Part shown: one piece after another, positions 7,052 to 13,259 of the stretch
Numbering within the stretch: the first letter of the stretch is position 1
Layout: each line of letters begins with the position of its first letter
Source of the DNA: Candidatus Hermodarchaeota archaeon
GTDB lineage: Archaea; Asgardarchaeota; Hermodarchaeia; Hermodarchaeales; Hermodarchaeaceae
Reading direction: 5' to 3'
Assembly: GCA_016839805.1 (NCBI GenBank)
Contig: JAEOTO010000032.1
Span: forward strand, 20,232-52,231
Length of the DNA: 32,000 nucleotides
Notes under the pieces: generated by a model
Database searches by the model: none
What the model was told of the DNA's origin: nothing
The model's input: only the letters and a program-made list of their open reading frames with translations
Position numbers and translations under genes: made by a program

Positions 7052-7233
7052 TGGTGCCGAGGGCGGGCGTTCCGCGAACTCCAACGGATTTCGTTTCGAA
7101 CCCGCGACCTCCAGATGTCTCCGGCGCCAGTCATCATAATATTCTGACCCTGGGGCAAAGCCCTATGAGTATCGCCCTAATATTCCAAGAATGGTTACTA
7201 GTCTGGCGCTCAACCAGGCTAAGCTACCTCGGC
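7052..7233 (-). tRNA. 182-nt multi-intron tRNA, isotype unresolved (possibly CAU): about 79 nt inserted in the anticodon loop and about 26 nt in the T-loop; CCA encoded
   Basis: Minus-strand read: GCCGAGG TA GCTTAGCCTGGTTGAGC G CCAGA [86 nt] TCTGG AGGTC GCGGG TTCGAA[..]CCCGC CCTCGGC A CCA. Acceptor, D, anticodon and T stems all pair. A single-intron solution gives A34 anticodons, which is implausible. A CTCATAG heptamer sits inside the insert. Confidence 0.7.
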
Positions 7234-7349
7234 AGGAGTTATCCTCAATTGGTTCCTTTTAAGCATTATTCTACTTTCTCAACGTATTATCTAAACCCAT
7301 TTCTAATGCAACAGAGAGACGCCCTATGAGTCTGGCCGTTGTCCGAAAC

Positions 7350-8567
7350 CTATCCACTAAGACCTGCAAACTTAGTAGTGTTCGGTTCCTGCATCATCGA
7401 CGGGCACTGACCCGTAATAAGCCTGCAACCTCCCGTCTCAAGACAGGCGTTTTGTGTCTCCGACCAACTGGCGGCGACTAATTCTAAATTAAGACTTGCA
7501 TTCAGGTCACGGTCAATCACTAAACCACAATGTTCGCACGAAAAAAGGCGAGTAGATAAAGCCAGTTTAGATTTAATGTTACCACATTGAGAACATCGCT
7601 TTGAGGACGGAAAAAACCGAGGTGCAAAGATTAACTTGGATCCGTACCATTTCGTTTTATATTCGAGTTGACGACGAATCTCGGAAAAGCTCACATCTGA
7701 AAGAGCTTGGCTCAGAAATTTATTTTTAACCATTCCTTGAACATTTAGATCTTCAACAACGATTTGGCTGTGGTTCTTTGCCAAGTATGTCGTTAATTTG
7801 TGAAGACAGTCTATCCGAATGTTGCTTATACGCCAATGTAACCGACTCAGCCTGATAACGGCTTTTTGACGATTCCTTGACCCTTTTTGTTTACGTGAAA
7901 TCTGGCGAGATATACGCCTTAATTTTCGCATTTTTCTTGGAAGTGGACGTGGATTCTCAAAAACGGTTCCACAAGATAGTGTTGCTAAAGACTTGATTCC
8001 TAAATCAACACCAACTTTCGGACCTTTGATTAGTAATGGTTCTGGTCTCTCTTGTTCAACGGTGAAGCTGATAAACCAGCGATCTGCCTTTCTAGAAATT
8101 GTGGCAGAAAGTATTCGCCCCGAGACATTCGATTTTTCCTTCAGCCTTAATTGACCTAGCCGAGGAAGCTGAACTGATTTTTCAAATAATCTAATTGTAC
8201 CCAGTAGTTTGAAACTATCATGACGTCCCTTCTTTTTGAACTTGGGAAATCCTACCTTCTTACCCTTCTTTCTCCCACGCCAGAAATTGGCAAAGGCTTT
8301 ATGAAGGTCGCGAAGTGCCTCTTGAGGGGCACATTTGGACACTTCATACATCCAAGGATAATGGTATCTTTTTCTTCGATTCAGCTCACGGTGCTGTCGA
8401 AAATAATTCGTAAAACGATCCTTTCCTTTCTCTGAGTTAAAGCGTTTGATTCGTTCTTCCAATCCCCAGTTGTAAACAAATCGAGCGCAACCTGCGTGCT
8501 TCACAAGTAGTGTTCGCTGTCGGTTGTTTGGATCCAATTCGTACCGATATCCACGAAGAACTAGCAC
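7350..8567 (-). CDS. tnpB: TnpB / IS200-IS605 OrfB-family RNA-guided endonuclease (TnpB-3), no adjacent tnpA
   Basis: N-terminus LRGYRYELDPNNRQ; RuvC motifs VGVDLGIKS, IVVEDLNV and DRDLNASLNL; zinc finger CSQCG...CEHCG. GTG start at 8567. Confidence 0.9.
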   Translation of the reverse strand: MLVLRGYRYELDPNNRQRTLLVKHAGCARFVYNWGLEERIKRFNSEKGKDRFTNYFRQHRELNRRKRYHYPWMYEVSKCAPQEALRDLHKAFANFWRGRKKGKKVGFPKFKKKGRHDSFKLLGTIRLFEKSVQLPRLGQLRLKEKSNVSGRILSATISRKADRWFISFTVEQERPEPLLIKGPKVGVDLGIKSLATLSCGTVFENPRPLPRKMRKLRRISRQISRKQKGSRNRQKAVIRLSRLHWRISNIRIDCLHKLTTYLAKNHSQIVVEDLNVQGMVKNKFLSQALSDVSFSEIRRQLEYKTKWYGSKLIFAPRFFPSSKRCSQCGNIKSKLALSTRLFSCEHCGLVIDRDLNASLNLELVAASWSETQNACLETGGCRLITGQCPSMMQEPNTTKFAGLSG

Positions 8568-8646
8568 GTCTTTACTATCCCCAATATCTGTGGAACGCGT
8601 TTACCATCTGCACGCTAATTGCAAGTGTATAGTTTTTTAGAAAAAG

Positions 8647-8671
8647 TTGGTATATTATTCACAACAGACCC
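8647..8671. repeat. 25/26-nt dispersed motif TTGGTaTaTTATTCACAAC-AGACCC (second copy at 11413-11438, TTGGTtAaTTATTCACAACgAGACCC)
   Basis: Hand alignment gives 23 identical positions of 26, with one 1-nt indel. Both copies are in the same orientation and both are intergenic or at a gene end. Confidence 0.8.
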
Positions 8672-8798
8672 GGTTGGAAAAGTGATGTCCCTAAGGGAAA
8701 AGCAATTACGCGAAGCATTTTTTAGCAACGAAATAACGTTGTCACGCCACTAAAGCGCGGGGGCGTGTCCATGGGTCAGCGCCCTCAATGACTAAGTG

Positions 8799-8909
8799 GC
8801 GGGGGTTTCTACAGTATCGTAGACCCCATAGCCAAGCTTGGTCAAAGGCGCAGGACTTAAGATCCTGTCTCGTAGGAGTTCCCGGGTTCGAAGCCCGGCC
8901 CCCGCACCA
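8799..8909 (+). tRNA. tRNA-Leu(UAA), class II, with a ~23-nt intron after position 9 (acceptor/D junction); CCA encoded
   Basis: GCGGGGG TT[TCTACAGTATCGTAGACCCCATA]GCCAAGCTTGGTCAAAGGC G CAGGA CTTAAGA TCCTG TCTCGTAGGAGTT CCCGG GTTCGAAG CCCGG CCCCCGC A CCA. The anticodon loop is CT-TAA-GA and there is a long variable arm. Confidence 0.85.
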
Positions 8910-8958
8910 ATTCGTCCTCCGAAGAATTAATCTACCGTGTTTGTATAACTGAAAATGA

Positions 8959-9033
8959 GCCTCCGTAGCATAGTGGTGGTGCATTGGCCTTGTAAGCCAA
9001 CGGTCCCGGGTTCAAATCCCGGCGGAGGCTCCA
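8959..9033 (+). tRNA. tRNA-Thr(UGU), intron-less, CCA encoded
   Basis: GCCTCCG TA GCATAGTGGTGGTGC A TTGGC CTTGTAA GCCAA CGGTC CCGGG TTCAAAT CCCGG CGGAGGC T CCA. Confidence 0.93.
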
Positions 9034-9082
9034 TTTGCACCTAATACGGGGTTATAAACGGAACTCAGAAGGAGGGAATACA

Positions 9083-9814
9083 ATGAAGCAACTTTGGGTG
9101 CTTAGTACCAACAAGCCGTATCAGACCATGATTACACTTGGAGTTGTGCTTGTTATACTTGCTTTAATTAATGGCCTTCTTAGATTGGTTCTTAGTTGGT
9201 TTCTTGGTTGGATAATTCCCCCATTTTTTGAGTTGATTTATTATTGGATAAGCGTGTTTTGGATTGTGTTGGGCGTATATTTTCTGTTCTTTACCGGATT
9301 TTTATATCACGAATCACGGAGAATCCACCGTGATCCCTTTCCTGAAGAGAGTATCTGCTCAAGTCAATCTGAACGGCTCGCATATGATTGGTGCGCGATT
9401 TGCGGACGCCTTGCTTGCCCAGACGAGTTGATACGAATCCAACAATCCTTAACTTCCTCTTATGGTATGTTTAGCTTTGATGGAGTAGCCTGTCACGATT
9501 GTGCACAGCGTCGTGTGAAAAGGTATGCAATTTTATCACCCGCCCTATTTGCCATTTTCTTCCCGTTGGCGCTGATTCCTCTAGTGAGTCTATTGCAAAT
9601 GATGCCACCGAGTTTTAGCATCATCGTTTGGACCGTCTTAGTAGTTATTTTAAGTATTATTGCTATCTTCGGTGTTTGGAATTGGCGACGCCTTTTCCGT
9701 AAAGTGATTACCCCTTTATCTCAACAACCTGATCTGATGATTTCCATTAAAGAACGACTGGCAGAAAAGGGCATGGTGGGCAATAAGGCTGTATTTCGTA
9801 AGATTCCCAAATAA
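9083..9814 (+). CDS. Hypothetical multi-pass membrane protein with a Cys-rich (zinc-ribbon-like) cytoplasmic loop
   Basis: ATG 9083 is preceded by GGAGGG at a 6-nt spacing. Hydrophobic segments flank CAICGRLACPDE...CHDCAQRR. No family recognised. Confidence 0.6.
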   Translation: MKQLWVLSTNKPYQTMITLGVVLVILALINGLLRLVLSWFLGWIIPPFFELIYYWISVFWIVLGVYFLFFTGFLYHESRRIHRDPFPEESICSSQSERLAYDWCAICGRLACPDELIRIQQSLTSSYGMFSFDGVACHDCAQRRVKRYAILSPALFAIFFPLALIPLVSLLQMMPPSFSIIVWTVLVVILSIIAIFGVWNWRRLFRKVITPLSQQPDLMISIKERLAEKGMVGNKAVFRKIPK

Positions 9815-9885
9815 TGAGCCTTCTCTCTCATCTTACTGCATTAGATAAGATTTATCAAGCACCCGCCATTTCCTATACGCGCATC

Positions 9886-10021
9886 GGGCCGGTAGTCTAG
9901 TTATCCGGTTACAATATGTGCTGGACTAGAGCGGTATGATGCGAGAAGATAAAACGGGTTCTGTTTTTCTCGCAAGGTTTGGGACCTCGTGGTCCCGAGT
10001 TCAAATCTCGGCCGGCCCACC
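9886..10021 (+). tRNA. tRNA-Pro(UGG) with two introns (D-loop about 30 nt; anticodon stem position 30/31, 31 nt); CCA encoded
   Basis: GGGCCGG TA GTCTAG[TTATCC..GGACTAGAGC]GGTATGAT G CGAG[AAGATAAAACGGGTTCTGTTTTTCTCGCAAG]G TTTGGGA CCTCG TGGTC CCGAG TTCAAAT CTCGG CCGGCCC A CCA. After intron removal the stem is CGAGG/CCTCG and the loop is UU-UGG-GA. CTTTTT follows. Confidence 0.8.
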
Positions 10022-10077
10022 ACTTTTTCAACGCAGGAGAGTTCGTAACCTTTTTATAGCAGAGATTGGTGATGCTG

Positions 10078-10199
10078 GGTGGCGCGGTCATAGAAGCTGG
10101 GTCACACCCGGTCTCGTCAGATCCCGGAAGTTAAGCCGGTTTCGTCGCTGTGAGTACTGATGTCCGAGAGGTGTCGGGAAAATGGTGAACTGCGCCACT
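10078..10199 (+). rRNA. rrf: 5S ribosomal RNA (stand-alone, not next to 16S/23S)
   Basis: GGTGGCGCGGTCATAGAAGCTGGGTCACACCCGGTCTCGTCAGATCCCGGAAGTTAAGCC....GAGTACTG....GGGAAAATGGTGAACTGCGCCAC. The termini pair (GTGGCGC/GCGCCAC) and the conserved 5S core CCCGGAAGTTAAGC and GTACTG is present. An oligo-T tract follows. Confidence 0.9.
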
Positions 10200-10301
10200 T
10201 CTTTTCCTTTTGAGTTTACCTCGAAGTTGTGTAACCCTAAGCAAAGGTTTTTATTTTACGCAGAACCCGTTCCGGCATCACCTCTAGGAACCGTGAAGCT
10301 G

Positions 10302-11420
10302 ATGATGCAAGTTCCGGGCACAGAATTCAACTGGATTTTTAATTTGATCTTTATAGTCATGTTTATGTTCATCTATTTGTACGGCACCCGCCTACAGTCC
10401 TATATTTGGACAAGGCAAGCTGAAGCAGGGTTAGCTCAGTTAGAAGCTTTGGCTAGACAGGGAAGACAAATTGCTCATAATACACTTAAGGATCTCAAGG
10501 TGAAAGAGCAGGACATTAAACCTACAATAGATGACTTCATAGAATACTTCGTAATCGAACCAGTTGATAGAGATCCGGCAGGTGTTATTGGTCGAATTGA
10601 TCATCTGCTCACTGTGCGCCAGGACGAATACGAAAAAGAAATGGAACAACTAGCCCCAACAGCAACCCTAGAGCAAAGAGCCAATGCCGAGAGTGTTCTG
10701 TCTGGTGTGATGGCTCTCAATTATGTCTACCGTGTCGTTCGACATTTCTTACTCTTAGGAAAGAAAACAAAGAGCATCTACTATACGATGCAATTACAAA
10801 TGCAATTACCTATGATCATTCAAATGGCGAAAGCCTATTTTGAAGCCGTTCGGGCCTTTTCCGATGGCAAACCCATCGGTGACGGAATGGGACCTCTTGC
10901 TATTGCTCACTTTGCTAAAGAGATAAAAGCGGATAAGATCGAGGAGTTAGACCCACGGACAATAGCTGTTGCGGGTGAATTTGAAGGACGGGACTTGTGG
11001 TTTGTTCGTGCCAAGGGGCCAGCAAGCTTTGTGGGACATCCAGGTAAGGGCGTTGAAACCCTTGTTGAGCGGAATAAAGGTAAGATTGCAATGGTCATTA
11101 CAGTCGACGCTGGGATGAAACTTGAAGGCGATGATAGCGGTCATGTTATTCGAGGTGTTGGTGCAGCGATTGGTGATGCGGGTCCTGAAAAAATCGCAAT
11201 TGAAGAATCGTGCCGGAAATACAATATTCCATTGTATGCCATCGTTATCAAAGAAGCTCTAGAAGATGCACTTGCTCCAATGAAGAAAGTTCTTGTGGAT
11301 TCTGTCCATTTGAAAGAGAAAGGTGTAATTGATAAAATCAAAAAACGTATACTGGATAGAACCAAGAAGGGCGAACGCATTATTGTGGCTGGAATTGGCA
11401 ATACAATTGGCATTGGTTAA
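10302..11420 (+). CDS. Conserved archaeal protein with an N-terminal TM anchor (DUF1512-like by recollection)
   Basis: The track ORF starts at 10182 but its first 40 codons overlap the 5S rRNA, so the start is reset to ATG 10302 (MMQVPGTEFNW..). At 372 aa it matches the ~370-aa archaeal DUF1512 architecture. The family assignment is from memory and was not searched. Confidence 0.6.
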   Translation: MMQVPGTEFNWIFNLIFIVMFMFIYLYGTRLQSYIWTRQAEAGLAQLEALARQGRQIAHNTLKDLKVKEQDIKPTIDDFIEYFVIEPVDRDPAGVIGRIDHLLTVRQDEYEKEMEQLAPTATLEQRANAESVLSGVMALNYVYRVVRHFLLLGKKTKSIYYTMQLQMQLPMIIQMAKAYFEAVRAFSDGKPIGDGMGPLAIAHFAKEIKADKIEELDPRTIAVAGEFEGRDLWFVRAKGPASFVGHPGKGVETLVERNKGKIAMVITVDAGMKLEGDDSGHVIRGVGAAIGDAGPEKIAIEESCRKYNIPLYAIVIKEALEDALAPMKKVLVDSVHLKEKGVIDKIKKRILDRTKKGERIIVAGIGNTIGIG

Positions 11421-11513
11421 TTATTCACAACGAGACCCCTCAATTTTGAAGAATCTTGGCTAGGAGTAAAACTTTTCCAGCAGAACATTAGAGCAGGGCA
11501 TGAGGACTGAATC

Positions 11514-12011
11514 TTGTCCAATGAACCGTATGAATGGGCAGCCATTGGTGGAACCTTTGATCAATTACATAAAGGACACATGACACTGCTCCGTCGGGCT
11601 TTTGAATTGGGCAAAAAAGTTCTCATCGGGTTAACCACCCAGGAAATGGTTAAGCATAAACAAGACTGGGAAATCATCGCTAGCTACGATGAGCGAAAAG
11701 TCGAGTTGGAAAAGTGGCTGAACTCCGAGGGATATGAAACCCGTTACATCATACGCCCGTTGCACGATAAATTTGGTCCAGCCATATCGGTGCCCGAACT
11801 CGAACTAATTGTTGTCAGTGAAGAAACCTGCCCAGTAGCAAAGGAAATTAACGAGATCCGTCGAGAACATGGACTCTCCCTCTTACATATTGCCGTTCTA
11901 ACGATGGTTATGGCAGAGGATCAAATTTCAATATCTTCAACCCGAATCCGAGCTGGAATCATCGACCGTGATGGTCATGTAATTTATCGAGAAGTAGCTA
12001 GCCACCAGTGA
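11514..12011 (+). CDS. coaD: Phosphopantetheine adenylyltransferase, archaeal type (cytidylyltransferase family)
   Basis: GGTFDQLHKGHMTLL (the (H/T)xGH nucleotidyltransferase motif) and ISSTRIR near the C-terminus; about 165 aa. TTG start. Confidence 0.8.
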   Translation: MSNEPYEWAAIGGTFDQLHKGHMTLLRRAFELGKKVLIGLTTQEMVKHKQDWEIIASYDERKVELEKWLNSEGYETRYIIRPLHDKFGPAISVPELELIVVSEETCPVAKEINEIRREHGLSLLHIAVLTMVMAEDQISISSTRIRAGIIDRDGHVIYREVASHQ

Positions 12012-12019
12012 AAGACTTT

Positions 12020-12365
12020 AAGAGGCGCCGTTGACTTTTGGCTTCCAGCAATGAAGGGATAACAGCCACTTTCGAGGACGAACCTGAAGAGTTCCTTCTT
12101 ATGATGGTTCGTGCAAATTCGTGGCGACACTGGAGCAGCGTTGAAGGTTATGAGGCATGTGACAGGCTCCTGCTTGATCTAGGACGTGTAGTCCAGAGGT
12201 GATTGTGGGGGCAACCCACGATGTCCACACTTCGACGCCGGGTCGCACTGTGCTCATTACGCCCGACATATTAAGAGAGGACCTGTCGGAGGACTCACGG
12301 CGATTCGCCCACCGATGATGATGGGGCGTTAGTGTATCGGTCGACAGGGCCTAAGCGACCCACCC
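12020..12365 (+). ncRNA. rnpB: Structured non-coding RNA, candidate RNase P RNA (atypical)
   Basis: A 377-nt ORF-free gap, visibly more GC-rich than its flanks. End-to-end helix GGCGCCGTTGAC (12024-12035) with GTCGACAGGGCC (12341-12352), 10/12 pairs. GTGGGGGCAACCCACGATGTCCACAC resembles the E. coli M1 segment GGGGGGGAAACCCACGACCAGUGCAACAG. CGACAGGGCCTAAGCG resembles the CR-V/P4 3' strand CGACAGAACCCGGCUUAUCG. The canonical GGAAAGUCC and GGUAAGAGC motifs were not found. Confidence 0.4.
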
Positions 12366-12388
12366 TTTCTTACTGAACCTTAAACCAG

Positions 12389-13243
12389 GTGACGAAAATA
12401 TCCCGTCGACCTTCACCCTTCCATGAATTTCTGACAGCCCAACTTGGTACACAGATTCCTTCAGAACTGCTCCCTCGCCGTCTCAGAATATTAGGTCATG
12501 TAGCTGTCCTCTGGTTACACCCTCAAGTGGAACAGTATAAGGAATTAATCGGTCAAACGGTATTACGATATAGCCCAAAAATCCGGTCAGTCCTCAGACG
12601 AACAGCAGCTATTGCTGGTCCATTCCGTCAACCGGCAGTTGAATTGATAGCAGGTTCTCCTGAAACCGAGACTGTTCTCAAAGAAAACAACATCATTTTT
12701 CACCTAGACCCAATGAAAGTAATGTTCTCACTAGGGAATAAATCAGAACGGCTTCGAATGAGTCAGGTTGGATCTGGTGAGACGGTTATTGACATGTTCA
12801 CAGGAATTGGCCAATTTTCTCTCCCCCTTGCAGTTCACGCTCACCCAATTGTCGTACATGCAATTGAATGGAATCCAGATGCCTTTGAATACCTTAACCA
12901 AAATATTATGGCGAATAGGATTTCAAAGATTGTCAAGGCGCATTTTGGTGATTCAGCAATTATAGCTCCGAAAATTAGTCAAGGATGTGCGGATCGTGTC
13001 ATAATGGGATTGATTCAAGGGACATCTAGATATATCAAACAAGGAATTTCGAGTCTTCGACCTGGAGGAATTATGCACCTCCATGAAGTGGAACCAAAGG
13101 ATAAGATCCCCGCATCGATTCTTTCCAATCTAGAAAATTCTGCTGGCTTACTTAAACGTGAAATAGCATTACTTGAGACCCGTATAATTAAGACCTATAA
13201 CCCACAATTGAACCATTTTGTAATGGATGTCCAGGTTAATTAA
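12389..13243 (+). CDS. Met-10+/Trm5-Taw2 family SAM-dependent tRNA methyltransferase (m1G37 or wyosine pathway)
   Basis: VIDMFTGIGQFSLPLA (SAM motif I), AIEWNPDAFEYL and the NRI motif of the Trm5/TYW2 family; 284 aa. GTG start. Confidence 0.8.
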   Translation: MTKISRRPSPFHEFLTAQLGTQIPSELLPRRLRILGHVAVLWLHPQVEQYKELIGQTVLRYSPKIRSVLRRTAAIAGPFRQPAVELIAGSPETETVLKENNIIFHLDPMKVMFSLGNKSERLRMSQVGSGETVIDMFTGIGQFSLPLAVHAHPIVVHAIEWNPDAFEYLNQNIMANRISKIVKAHFGDSAIIAPKISQGCADRVIMGLIQGTSRYIKQGISSLRPGGIMHLHEVEPKDKIPASILSNLENSAGLLKREIALLETRIIKTYNPQLNHFVMDVQVN

Positions 13244-13259
13244 CAGAAAATGGACTCGT

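Noticed and set aside
7039-7329. 96-aa plus-strand ORF, and similar track ORFs at 4274-4486, 4323-4565, 8742-8984, 9909-10091, 9936-10160, 21413-21616, 21534-21851 and 21611-21847
   Set aside because: Each overlaps a confidently folded tRNA gene, or tRNA plus 5S. They are GC-rich RNA-gene shadows with no protein-like composition.
10182-10301. N-terminal 40 codons of the 412-aa track ORF
   Set aside because: They overlap the 5S rRNA (10078-10199). The downstream ATG 10302, followed by a TM segment, is the plausible start.
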